Positions 20,538 through 31,214 of a DNA stretch of 64,000 bases are shown here, one piece after another. The first letter of the stretch is position 1; the number at the start of each line of letters is the position of its first letter. Made by a program: the position numbers and the translations under genes. Origin of the DNA: an uncultured Coriobacteriia bacterium (GTDB taxonomy: Bacteria; Actinomycetota; Coriobacteriia; Anaerosomatales; JAAXUF01); contig CAVSCC010000006.1 in NCBI GenBank assembly GCA_963726345.1, forward strand, positions 53,090 to 117,089, in the 5' to 3' direction. The notes beneath the pieces are model-generated. The model saw nothing but the letters and a program-made list of their open reading frames with translations. It was not told the origin of the DNA and did no database searches.

Positions 20538-21718
20538 TCCGACACCCCCCGGGCGATGACATCCCGATAGAGCGCGATCAACCGGGGCGCCACGGCCGAA
20601 CGCCCGAATCGCGCGCGGGTGTCGTCGGCGATGACACGCGCATCGAACGCGCCAAGCCGGTCGAGAACGAAGCGCAACCCTTTGACAAGCGAACCGACGT
20701 CGTCAGGCTTGACAAGAATCCCCGACGACGGCAGTACGATGTCGGCCGGACCCCCGGAGTCAGTCGCGATCACGGGTAGGCCGGTTGCCAACGCCTCGAC
20801 GAGCGCCACGCCGAAGCCTTCGCGGCGGGACGGCTGAACGTAGACGTCCGCCTCGGCCATCTCGCGCGCCAGGGCCGCGGGCGAGCGCGCGCCAACCAAC
20901 TCGACGCGATCTGCGACCCCCTCGGCAACGGCCGCGTCCCGCAACACAGACGCCAGGGGACCCGATCCGACGAGACGAAGGGTGACGTCGACTCCGTCGC
21001 GCACAAGCGCCGCGAGAGCGCTGATGAGCACGTCGTAACCCTTCACCTCGACAAGGCGCCCCACGCTCAGCATACGAACCGGTCCGTCGTGGGGGACACG
21101 AGTCACGAGTGAGAACAGCTCGTCGTCAAAGACGTCAGGGATGACGTGCACGCGCGCGGGGTCGGCGCCGACAAGCGAAACGGCGTCGTCGGCAAGGCGC
21201 GAGCTGACGCATACCAGCGCATCAGCCGCGGCGACCACGTGCCGCAGCGCCTCAGCCCACGCGGGGCGAACGAGATTGGAGTACAGATCCGAGCCGTGGA
21301 TCGTCACGACGAGGGGCAGCCCGGCTTTGCCTGCGAGCGTCGCTGCTGCCGCGCCACTCGGGTAGAGCTCGTGGGCGTGAACGAACTGCGGCGACCGGTC
21401 TGCCAGCGCACGCGCGAACGCCGAGCGCGAGCCGCGCGCCATCGACGGGGCCACCGTGGTGTAGAGAACACGGCGCGGCAGAACGAGATACCGAGGCCAC
21501 TGCGCCGGCAATCCCGCAATCTCGCCAACGTGGGGCACGCGGGCACGGCGATGACGCAGGGGCCAAGCGACCGGCGCGATCACCGACCAGTCGACCTCCT
21601 CGGCGGTCGCACGCAACTGCTCGACCACGAAGGTTCCGCGCACGGGGTCGGCGGGGTTGGGCAGCTGCCGGGTGAACGTCAGCCCGCTGAGTCGGTCATC
21701 GTGTGGCAGCGTCGACAT
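20534..21718 (-). CDS. Glycosyltransferase, GT4 family (intact from the internal ATG at 21718)
   Basis: The sequence includes ...HAHELYPSGAAAATLAGKAGLPLVVTIHGSD... and the EX7E region VYVQPSRREGFGVALVEALATGLPVIATDSGGPADIV. There is a 4-nt overlap with the downstream GT. Confidence 0.85.
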   Translation of the reverse strand: MSTLPHDDRLSGLTFTRQLPNPADPVRGTFVVEQLRATAEEVDWSVIAPVAWPLRHRRARVPHVGEIAGLPAQWPRYLVLPRRVLYTTVAPSMARGSRSAFARALADRSPQFVHAHELYPSGAAAATLAGKAGLPLVVTIHGSDLYSNLVRPAWAEALRHVVAAADALVCVSSRLADDAVSLVGADPARVHVIPDVFDDELFSLVTRVPHDGPVRMLSVGRLVEVKGYDVLISALAALVRDGVDVTLRLVGSGPLASVLRDAAVAEGVADRVELVGARSPAALAREMAEADVYVQPSRREGFGVALVEALATGLPVIATDSGGPADIVLPSSGILVKPDDVGSLVKGLRFVLDRLGAFDARVIADDTRARFGRSAVAPRLIALYRDVIARGVSE

Positions 21719-21725
21719 TCCGACG

Positions 21726-22460
21726 CTACGCCGACGTGGTCGACCCGCGCCGCCGCGAGACGGTCTCGCGGACCGCAACGAGCGCGATGCCGAGGAAGAG
21801 TCCCGCGACAAGTCCCCCGGCTGCCGCCGAAATAGCCGCGTTGCGGCGGGAGCTCGAAGCGACCGTGACCGGTGCATCGAGCTGGTAGCCACTCTCGGCC
21901 AGCTTCAATGAGCCACGATCGGCGTAGAGGGTCCGGCGGATGCTCCACAGGTAGTACTGCTCCATCTGGGTCTTGGGCTTATCGAGCAGCGCGAGAGACT
22001 CCTCGTCGGCGGTCACTGAACCCTGCAGCTGCTCCATGAGCGCGCGACTGGACTCCGCGACGACCGTCTGCAGCTGCTCAGCAACGGCATTGGCCCCCTT
22101 CTCAGCGGCAGCCCGATCCGGCGAGGAGAAGGAGACCCACAGCTGATTCTGGGGGTTCCCGGTGCTGTAGACCCTGTACGCGCCGGCGACCTGCTTGGGC
22201 GACAGCCCAAGGCGTTTCGCGACGCCTTCAAGGAAGGCGGCGTCTCCTGACTGAGCGATCAACGTGTCCGGGCGCGGCATCTGCGGAAACGTGTTGACCG
22301 CCACGTTGTTGACCGTGAGATAGGTCTTCCCCGTATAGAGCGTCTTCGCTCCCAGGGTGGCGACCACGGCTATCGCCGCTCCAGCCAGCGCAGCGAGTAC
22401 CACGATCCACCAATTCCTGCGCACGACACCCCAGAAGTCGAATGTGGAGTCTGCCGTCAT
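21726..22460 (-). CDS. Wzz-like polysaccharide chain-length determinant / co-polymerase (short form, intact)
   Basis: The ORF reads MTADSTFDFWGVVRRNWWIVVLAALAGAAIAVVATL (N-terminal TM), then a coiled periplasmic-type region, then a C-terminal TM (AAISAAAGGLVAGLFLGIALVAV). The start overlaps the stop of the upstream Wzy-like gene (TGATG). Confidence 0.7.
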   Translation of the reverse strand: MTADSTFDFWGVVRRNWWIVVLAALAGAAIAVVATLGAKTLYTGKTYLTVNNVAVNTFPQMPRPDTLIAQSGDAAFLEGVAKRLGLSPKQVAGAYRVYSTGNPQNQLWVSFSSPDRAAAEKGANAVAEQLQTVVAESSRALMEQLQGSVTADEESLALLDKPKTQMEQYYLWSIRRTLYADRGSLKLAESGYQLDAPVTVASSSRRNAAISAAAGGLVAGLFLGIALVAVRETVSRRRGSTTSA

Positions 22461-23841
22461 CACCCTGCCTCCTCCTGCCGCGCGATACGGTTGGCCGCGA
22501 TCGCAAAAGCTATGAACAGCCACAAGTAGTCGAAGTAGAGATAGTACTGGAACAGAGACTGCACCCCGAGACTCAAGATACCTGCGAGCGCAAAGGCCTC
22601 GGTCACACTCCACCCTTTGGGCCTTCGTCGCCAGTACACCGCCACGAGTCCCCAGATCAACACGATCTGGGCGATGATGCCGGCCACGCCCGTCTCGGCC
22701 CAGAGTGCAAGCGGGATCTCATGTGGCTTCACCACCCGCGCAACCGCCTTCACGAGTCGGTATCCGGGTAGGCGTACCGGAATCCGCCAAGCCCCGTGCC
22801 GAACACCCAGTTGTCACGTGCCATCTGGTATGTCGCGGGCACCATGTAGACGCGTGTCGCGTTGGACTGATCCGTGGACACCTCACCAATCGAGCGAACG
22901 CGCTCGACAATGGCAGCGGGGCTGGAGAGCGCCGCGACCAGCACGATCGCCAAGGCCGCAGCGCCAAGAGCAAGGACACGTTTCCGAGGCGCCGTCACGA
23001 TAAGAACGAGCACCCCGACGGCGACGCCGACAAGCCCCGTGCGTGACAAGGTCGCGATCACTCCGAGTCCGATGACGCCGGCAGCACCGAGGCACAACAC
23101 GGTCCGCCGCCAGGATCGTGAGTGTACGACCAGCGCGAGCGCGAAAGCAGGGCCACGAGAGGAAACCGGCCAGGTAGTTGGGGTCGTAGAAGAACCCGCC
23201 TACGCGTGTGGTCAAGTCACCCTGGTCACTGACCACGCGAACGCTGCCGTAGTTGAATCCGGGAACGTACTTCTGCGCAAGGGCGAGCAGCGCTGTCGCA
23301 AAGCCGGTCGCCAGCAGCGTCCAGGTGACCCACTCGGTCAGCTTCCGCGAAGAGAGCACGTTGGCGTAGAGCAAGGTGAAGGCCCAGAGGAACACCAGGC
23401 GCACCGTCGCAAGGACGGTGGCCGAACGCGACAGCGAGAACGGCAGCGACCAGAGTGCCGCGAGGATCAGCGTTCCGATCCCCAGTCGACGGCCGAGAAC
23501 CGCAGCTGCGCATCGCGTCTGACCACCGCTAGACCCCACGACACGAGGGTCGAGACGAGCGCCAGATGGAATAGCGTTACGGAGACGGGCGACGAGAGCA
23601 CGCGCCCGAACTCGTCGAGAGGGAGCGTGAGCACGATGAGAACGGCCCCCACCTGGTAGCGCCAAAGCACGAGCGCGGCGGACACCAGGCCGACCGCCAG
23701 CACCAGCGTGCTCGTCGCGCTCACACCTGTTGCAGTCCACGCGCCGCCGATCGCGCCCAGCACGAGCGCCGCCAGTGCGTAAGGCCACGCCGAGTCGTGC
23801 GAAGGGACGAATCGTCGCGCCGCGCCGGTCAAGCTGGTCAC
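22460..23841 (-). CDS. O-antigen ligase/polymerase (Wzy-like, Wzy_C domain) membrane protein; about 3 frame breaks
   Basis: The fragments are hydrophobic and polytopic (23467..23841, the hydrophobic part of 22883..23905, 22750..23100, 22460..22753). They include the Wzy_C-like stretch ...GVIATLSRTGLVGVAVGVLVLIV...NWVFGTGLGGF.... Confidence 0.75.
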
Positions 23842-24003
23842 GCACTACCTCCCTCTGCTGCTCTGGGTCGCTTGGGCATACGCCGCGGGGGTCGAAGAAG
23901 CGCACGGTGAAGATTCTCGCTCATGCCGGTGGCCGCGGGTCATCTCGTAGTCCACCATCGCTTCCGATTCAGCTCGGACCCACCTCAAGACGCGTGAACT
24001 ACT

Positions 24004-25400
24004 TCACGTCCGCGTCACGGGCATGACTCCATGGAGGCCACGCTCATTATGACCCATGGGCTCCGTCGGGTGGCGGCGTGGACTCACCGCTGCGTCGAGC
24101 ACCTCGGCCAGTCGAGCGGTCAGCGATCTCCGTTCGAAGCGCGCCGCAACCGTCATGTCCGGGTGCGGCAGGGAGCCGGCGCCGGCCCTATCGGCAAGAA
24201 GAACGAGCGCGTCAGCGACTGCCTGGGGGTCGTCGGGATCCACCGACATGCCGGCGCGAGCCTCAGCAATCAGCTGGGCCGAGACTCCGTCGGTTGGTCC
24301 AACGAGCAGCGTCGGCATGCCCATTCCGAGATACTCGAAGAGCTTGCCGGGGTAGATCGCTTCCGTGCCCGCGACCGAGGCGAGCGTCACGAGGGCCACG
24401 TCACTGCGTGAGACGATCTCCAGCGCCTCCGTATGTGGCTTGTAGCCGAGGAACCGCACCGAATCGGACAACCCGAGGCTCTCGGCCAGCTGGCGAACCC
24501 ATGGGGCGTCGGGTCCGACCACGTCGAGCGTCACATCGACCCCGGCTTGGCGCGCCAGGGCGATTCCTCGAAGTGCCGTGCTTGGATTGTGGCTCGAGTA
24601 GAAGCGGCCCATGAATGCAAGCGCGAGGCGGCCCCTTTCGAGGGATGCACGCTCGGGAGGGCGAGGCGGCAGGTCGTCCGGATCGTATCCATTGAAGATC
24701 GCGACCGCGCTGCGGGCGCCCATCGACCGGGCCTCTTCGCTGATCGGCACCGATGTCGCAGTGGCCGCAAACGCGGCCGTCATCACCCTGCGCTCCAGCG
24801 CGCGCTGTCGGTGGCGGTGCACGGGGGTCGGCGTCGGGCGCGAGGGAGAATCGCGCCACGGGTCTCGCATATCGGCGATGAACGGCACGCCGAGGCTCTC
24901 GGCGGCGCGGGCACCGGCGACCAGCGTCGAGAACGGCGGGCCTGATGCGAGCACGGCGTCGACACCCGCAACCGGGGGTCGAGCGCGGTTCGGGCCGCCG
25001 ACTTCGCCCAGCGCGAGGCCCCGTCGGGAACGGCGATCCAGTGGGCGATGCGGGCGCTCATCGGCTGACGGACGTGATCGGGCGCCGCCCCCGCCCCGGT
25101 CACCCCTCCACCGCCCTTCGCGTCTCCACCGCGACGCTTCAGCGGTGCAAGGACCCGAGCGACACTGGTAGCGACGTCACGATGGGCGAGCCGCGTGACC
25201 GGCACGCCTTCCACGTCGGCAACCAGAGTAGGGTCCGTCGGTCGGCCCTCGATCATCTCGGTAGAAATGACCTCAGGCGACCAGCCGAACTCTGGAAGGT
25301 ACTTGCAGAACTTCGCGATTCGCTGAACCCCCGCACCACCTGCCGGTGGGAACTCATGCACGAGCACAAGGAGGCGCCTGGGGGTGGACTCTGATGTCAT
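24004..25400 (-). CDS. Glycosyltransferase, GT4-like; 1 frame break near 24950
   Basis: The N-terminus is MTSESTPRRLLVLVHEFPPAGGAGVQRIAKFCKYLPEFGWSPEVIS. It continues as ...LASGPPFSTLVAGARAAESLGVPFIADMRDPW... and ...YPGKLFEYLGMGMPTLLVGP. Confidence 0.75.
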
Positions 25401-25655
25401 GCGCTCAACTATACGAACCCCCCTACGCGCTGTCCAGACAGTCGGAAGGCGCCTCGCTGCGGCTCTTGCGTGCGTTTACGCGCTTAGGACCGAGTGCTAC
25501 GATTCTGCCTGCCGAACGCCTCGGCGGGCTCTTGGCGCGAAGGATCTCCGCACACTCCAGCAGTCCCGGCGCACTCGGTTCCGCCGATCCGGGCGAATCC
25601 TTTCGCGGTACTCCATCGCCCGGAAGGCCCTCAGCGAAGAAGCGAGCCACGCCAG

Positions 25656-26780
25656 ATGAGTACCCGGCGCCCGCGTGTCGTCAGTCGCGTCAACAACGCC
25701 TTCACCCACGACGCTCGAGTCAAGCGCGAAGCCGAAGCGCTGGTCGCCGCAGGTTACGAGGTCACGATTCTTGCCGACTTGAAGGGTGACCTACCCGCCG
25801 AGGAGATGGTCGGTGCCCTGACCGTCAAGCGGATCGCGAAATCGAGCTCGATTCCCTACTGGAGCATCATCAAGCCCCTTCTGGCCGAGCAGGCTGACTT
25901 CTACCACGCCAACGACATCGACTCGCTGTTCCCGTGCTTGGCCGCGGCACGTCTCGGCCGCCGAGGGGCGAAAGTCGTGTACGACAGCCATGAGCTGTGG
26001 AGCGGGCATGCCGCCGACAAGGTCCACCGGAAGCGCCGGATGCTCGTTCGCTTCGAAGGGCCCATGCTGCGCGCGGCTGACGCTCTCGTGACGGCCTCAC
26101 CCGCCTTCACCGAGCTGATGATCGAGAAGTACCGCTACAAGGGTCCGTTCGCGACCATCAACAACACTCCGAGAACCTACTCTGACACTGAGCTCGAGCC
26201 ATTCTGGGCGCAGCGCGACTCCGATCCGCTGACGCGCATCATGTCGCTCGGCGTCTTCCAGCACGGCCGCGGTGCGGTCAAGCTGATCGAGGCGCTCGCC
26301 TTCCTGCCGCAGAGCTTCATCGTGGAGCTCGTCGGCCCGATTCCTCAGCCCGACTATGAGAAGCACATGCGTGATGCCGCGGAGCCCTTCGGGAATCGAG
26401 TGCTGTTCACCGGACCGGTGCCCGCCGAACAGGTTGTGCCGCGACTCGCGACCGCTGACGTCTCGGCGATCCTGATCGAACCGCTCTCGCTGAGCTACGA
26501 ACTCACCAGCCCGAACAAGCTGTTCGACTCGATGATGGCGGGCACGCCGGCCATCGCGTCGAAGGGTAAGGTCATCAGCCAGATAACCGAATCCGAGAAG
26601 ACCGGCGTGGTTTGTGACGTGAGCGACCCGCGCGACATCGCTCGCGGCATCATGGAGATCGTCGGCCGAACGGCCGAGCTGCGCAAGAACGCGCGCGACG
26701 CAGCGATGCGCTACACGTGGGAAGTCGAGCAACAGAAGCTGGTTGCACTGTACGAGCGGCTGCGCACGACCTCGTCGTAG
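25656..26780 (+). CDS. Glycosyltransferase, GT4 family (intact)
   Basis: The ATG at 25656 opens MSTRRPRVVSRVNNAFTHDARVKREAEALVAAGYEVTILADL...YHANDIDSL...SHELWSGH...TSPNKLFDSMMAGTPAIAS. A local 100-nt GC sample (26101-26200) hand-counted at 57%. Confidence 0.8.
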   Translation: MSTRRPRVVSRVNNAFTHDARVKREAEALVAAGYEVTILADLKGDLPAEEMVGALTVKRIAKSSSIPYWSIIKPLLAEQADFYHANDIDSLFPCLAAARLGRRGAKVVYDSHELWSGHAADKVHRKRRMLVRFEGPMLRAADALVTASPAFTELMIEKYRYKGPFATINNTPRTYSDTELEPFWAQRDSDPLTRIMSLGVFQHGRGAVKLIEALAFLPQSFIVELVGPIPQPDYEKHMRDAAEPFGNRVLFTGPVPAEQVVPRLATADVSAILIEPLSLSYELTSPNKLFDSMMAGTPAIASKGKVISQITESEKTGVVCDVSDPRDIARGIMEIVGRTAELRKNARDAAMRYTWEVEQQKLVALYERLRTTSS

Positions 26781-26878
26781 CGAGCTCTTCACTGTCCCGC
26801 CGTCGCCCGTTCGGGACTACCTCGACCGGCCCTTTCCCCAGATTGCCCGTGCCCGAACGTGCTGATAAGGTGACCGGC

Positions 26879-28132
26879 ATGAGAATCCTTCAAATCGCCC
26901 CCGTCCCTCGCGCTCAGGGCGGTAACAGCACCGGCGGGGTCACCACTCACGCCTGGGGCCTTGCGGTGCGCCTCGCCGAATGCGGCCACGAGGTGGCGAT
27001 CCTCGCTCACAATCGCCCGTTCGGCGAGCCGTGGCCGGAGACCATATCCGGCGTGCAGGTCTTCGGCGGGTGGAGCTTCTCGGGTCCCCGCCGTCTCCGG
27101 CAGCTCACCGACCCCAAGACGGTCGGGGCGATCCGCGCCGCCCGACGCCGCCTCGGACCCGGTTGGAAACTGCGCTGGGTGATCAACTCGGTGTGCGCGG
27201 CCCGCGAAGTCATCGAGGAGTTCAAGCCGGACATCATCCACGTCCATGCGCTCGAGAGCCGTTTCTCGGTAACGTTTGAGGCGAACACTGAACACATCCC
27301 GATGGTCGGCATCCCGCACTCCACCCACTACGTGGAGTACGCGGAGGACGACGTGAAGGAGAACAACCGCGCGCACATGCTGCGCAACTTGGCGAGCGTC
27401 GAAAACGTCCTGTTCGGCGGCGAGTGGATCCGGCACCACCATGACGAGATCTTCCCCGGAGCGCTCGACCATGCCAGCGTGAAAGTGATCCCGTACCCGA
27501 TCGACACATCGCAGTACGTGCCGGTTCCGCGCGAAGATGCGCGACAGCGCCTCGGGGTCGCGCCCGAAGAGCGGCTACTCCTGACACTGGGCAACCTCGT
27601 CCCACGCAAGGACCCCACGAAGTTCGTGCGCGCTGTCGGCCTGCTCACCCAGTCGGGCGTGGCAGTCCGAGCGTTCATGGTCGGAGCGGGACCGGAGAGG
27701 GAGCGGGTCGAACAGCTGATTGCCGAGCTTGGCCTCGGAGACGTGATCGAGCTCAAGGGGCACGTCCCCCAAGAGAGCATCATGGACTACTACGCCGCGG
27801 CCGATGTCTACGTCTTCCCGAGCACGATGGAGACGTGGGGGCTCGCCGCCGTCGAGGCCATGCTCTCGGGCGATCCCGTCGTCGGCACCTTCGCGTGCAT
27901 GCCCGAGGTTGTTCCCGACTTCGCGGGCATTTACGTTCCCTCGCAGGATCCGGCTGACCTTGCCGAAGCGATACGCGAAGCCCTCAAGCGAGACTGGGAC
28001 CGGGACGCGATCAGGCAGCTCGCTCTGAGCTACGACTGGTCCGAGCGCATGGCCGACTACGAGGCCTTCTACGAGGCGCGCTCTCCCGGGCTCGCAACTA
28101 GTCGGACTTGGCGATACCGATTCGCCGCTTGA
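26879..28132 (+). CDS. Glycosyltransferase, GT4 family (intact)
   Basis: The ATG at 26879 opens MRILQIAPVPRAQGGNSTGGVTTHAWGLAVRLAECGHEVAILAH...VYVFPSTMETWGLAAVEAMLSGDPVVGT. Confidence 0.85.
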   Translation: MRILQIAPVPRAQGGNSTGGVTTHAWGLAVRLAECGHEVAILAHNRPFGEPWPETISGVQVFGGWSFSGPRRLRQLTDPKTVGAIRAARRRLGPGWKLRWVINSVCAAREVIEEFKPDIIHVHALESRFSVTFEANTEHIPMVGIPHSTHYVEYAEDDVKENNRAHMLRNLASVENVLFGGEWIRHHHDEIFPGALDHASVKVIPYPIDTSQYVPVPREDARQRLGVAPEERLLLTLGNLVPRKDPTKFVRAVGLLTQSGVAVRAFMVGAGPERERVEQLIAELGLGDVIELKGHVPQESIMDYYAAADVYVFPSTMETWGLAAVEAMLSGDPVVGTFACMPEVVPDFAGIYVPSQDPADLAEAIREALKRDWDRDAIRQLALSYDWSERMADYEAFYEARSPGLATSRTWRYRFAA

Positions 28133-29597
28133 GCCCGAGCCACATCTCGCCGAAGAACTCGATCTCATCCGGGCGCAGCTCGCGGACGAGCCTGAGCGCG
28201 ACCGCGTAGGCCACGATGCCGACGGCCACCTCGATGCCGAGAAGCCAGAAGACGCTCGAACCAGCTGAACCCAGCGATGAGGACCGCCGCCATGAGCCCC
28301 GCGGCAACGAGGATCCTCATGAGATCCGGCCATGGCAGGCGCCATTCCATGTACGGCCGGCTCCTCAGCCATGAAAGGACGAGCAACAGGAAGTACGATC
28401 CCAGCGTGTTCCATGCTGCGGCCGGGTACCCGAACTTCGGAACAGAAGCAGGTTCATGGTCACCTGAAACGCCGCCGCTATGGCGGTGTTCTGCATCATG
28501 ATCACGGTCTTCTTGTGCATCGCAAGACCGTTGCTCGCGATCTGCGACATTCCGTACAGAAGCACGCCGGCCGCCACTACCGGCAGCACCCGGTAGGCCG
28601 AACGGTACTGGGGCCCGGTGAAGACCTGCATGAACGGCTTGGCCAGCACCGCCAATCCGAAGGCGATCGGCACCGTGGCCATCGCGTAGTAGCGCGTGAG
28701 CTGCGTTTGGACCTGCTCGGCGAGCTTCTGCCCTTGCTTCTCGAAGGTGTGCACCATGACCGGCCCGATGGCCATGAGCAGCGGCAGGGTGACGAGGTTC
28801 ATGATCTTGTCGCCGAGGCTGTAGGCGGTTCCATACAAACCGACCTGGTCAGCACTCTGGCTCAGCCCGATGATGTAGCGGTCAGACAGGATGAGCACCC
28901 AGGACGACACGGCTGCGGGAATCATGGGCACGCCGTAGACGGCGAACTGGCGCGCCGTACCGCCGGAGAAGTGCCTGGGCGCGATGCTTCCCTCAGAGCG
29001 CATGAAGTACAGCGCAACCGGAACCAAGGCCAGGTTGCCCAGCGCGACGCCCGCGAGAATGCCGTAGGCGCCCCAACGCGGTACCGCCACGAAGTAGACG
29101 GAGAGGATCGTGGCCAGGATCGTCGAGGTCACCGAGAGAATCGCGAAACGGTTCGCGCGGTTCGCGGCCCGCAGCACCTGCTGTTGCACCGTGACGAACT
29201 GGCTGACCGCAAGGCCGGCGATGCCGATGGGCAACAGCCGCTGGACGCCGGGGGACAGCCAACTCCCAAACAGCAGCATCCCCGCCGCGAGCAGAACCGA
29301 ACCGATGAAGAGCGAGGCGATCGAGGACCAGACCACCGTGGCGACGTACTCGTCGAGCCGTCCCTGCTTCTCCTCGGCCCAGTAGAACCGGACGATAGAG
29401 GCGGTCAGCCACGACGTGAGTAGGGCCGCCGCAAGAGAAGTCGTGGAGCTGACAAGGTAGAAGTCGCCGTAGTCGGCTCGGCTGATCAGCCGCGTGAACA
29501 CCGGGACGGTGACAAGGGATGTGAGCGCTGGCACGAGCCGGACCGGGAAGTACTTGAAGGCGTCAGTCCCGGCGCTCCTGAGGATCTTCTTCAGCAT
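28098..29597 (-). CDS. Wzx-type flippase (MOP/polysaccharide biosynthesis protein family); about 2 frame breaks near the 3' end
   Basis: The ORF reads MLKKILRSAGTDAFKYFPVRLVPALTSLVTVPVFTRLISRADYGDFYLV... followed by 12-14 predicted TM stretches. The last helices continue in fragments 28165..28386 and 28098..28307. Confidence 0.8.
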
Positions 29598-29885
29598 GGA
29601 CCGCTCCCAACGAACCCGACACGTGCCGCGGGGAGTCGCCAAGCGCCCTCGCGAAAGAACATCATAGTCTCCTAGAACAGCGACAGCCGGGGACGTTCGG
29701 TCATCGTCAGCCGAGCCCAGCGGCTGGTAAGCATAGCATGCCGCGCACCCCGGAGCCTCCGTGCGGCAGGGCCCCGCAAGCGCTTGCAGCGGTCGCCGCC
29801 TGCGGCCTGAGCCTCCCCTGTGCTACCCTGTCGCAGGCGTTCGACACGCCTTTCGACCTGCTCAGACCGTCTCTAGGGGGCCCAC

Positions 29886-31200
29886 ATGGCCAGCGTCACC
29901 GTCGTCGGCACCGGCTACGTCGGACTCATCCAGGGCGTCTGCCTCGCCGACGTCGGCCACGATGTCACCTGCGTCGACGTCGATGCCGACAAGGTCGAGC
30001 GTCTCGGCCGGCGAGCCGACCATCTACGAGCCCGGCCTCGAGGAACTGCTGCAGCGCGACCATCGACTCGGGCCGCCTGACCTTCGCGACGCCCGACGAC
30101 GGCTGGGCCGACCTGATCGGCGACGTCGTGTTCGTCGCCGTGGGCACGCCCATGGCCGAGAACGGCGCCGCGGACCTCTCGTACGTGCGCGCCGTCGCCG
30201 ACACGCTCGCCGCGCAGGCCGACCGCCCGTTCACGCTGGTGATGAAGTCGACCGTCCCGCCGGGGACCGGCGCCGGCGCTGCGCGACCGGCACCTCGCCC
30301 ACGGCCGCGGTCGAGATCGGCTACGTCTCCAACCCCGAGTTCCTGCGCGAGGGCCACGCGATCCACGACTGGTACCACACCGACCGCGTCGTGATCGGCG
30401 GCGACGACGCGCGCGCGCTCGACGCGGTCGCCGCAGCTCTACTCCTGCCTCGACGCGCCGATCGTCGTCACCGACGTCGCGAGCGCCGAGACCATCAAGT
30501 ACGCGAGCAACGCGTTCCTCTCGACCAAGATCAGCTTCATCAACGAGATCGCGAACCTCTGCGACTGCGGTCGGCGCCGACATCGACGCCGTCGCCGACG
30601 GCATCGGGCTGGACACCCGCATCGGCCCGGCGTTCCTCAAGGCGGGCATCGGCTACGGCGGCTCGTGCTTCCCCAAGGACACGCGCGCGCTCGACTTCAT
30701 CGCGACGCTGAACGGCTACCAGTTCGACCTGCTCAAGGCCGTCATCGACGTCAACAACCGCCAGCGGCTGCTGCCGCTCATCCACCTGACGCGCGCGCTG
30801 CCGGACCTCTAGGACCGCAAGGTCGCCGTGCTGGGCCTGGCCTTCAAGCCGAACACCGACGACGTGCGCGAGTCTCCCGCGCTCGACATCATCCCGCTGC
30901 TGCTCGAGGAGGGCGCCGAGGTCGCCGCCTACGACCCGGTCGCGGCCGCCGGTCGACCTCCCGGGCGCGACGCGCGTGCGACGCGTGTGCGAGGCGCTCG
31001 ACGGCGCCTCGGCCGCCGTGCTGATCACCGAGTGGCCGGAGTTCATCGAGCTCGACTGGGCGCGCGTGCGCGCGGTCGATGGCCGAGCCCCGCGATCGTC
31101 TTCGACGGCCGCAACGCGCTGGACGCCACGGCCATCGAGGCCGCGGGACTCGACTACATGGCGCGTCGGCCGCCCCGGCGCACCACCGCGCAAGCGCTAG
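29886..31200 (+). pseudogene. ugd: UDP-glucose 6-dehydrogenase, disrupted as sequenced (at least 6 frame breaks plus an in-frame TAG at 30810-30812)
   Basis: Conserved pieces in three frames include [135 protein letters not shown] and [16 protein letters not shown]...VIDVNNRQR. The TAG follows directly in the same frame, and then comes [42 protein letters not shown]. Confidence 0.85.
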
Positions 31201-31214
31201 ACGGCGCAGCCGGA

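Noticed and set aside
30810-30812. The in-frame TAG in ugd as a recoded codon (pyrrolysine or programmed read-through).
   Set aside because: There are no pyl genes in the window, TAG is used as an ordinary stop elsewhere here (for example rho and the Wzx-adjacent genes), and the gene also carries many indels. An error or a mutation is far more likely.
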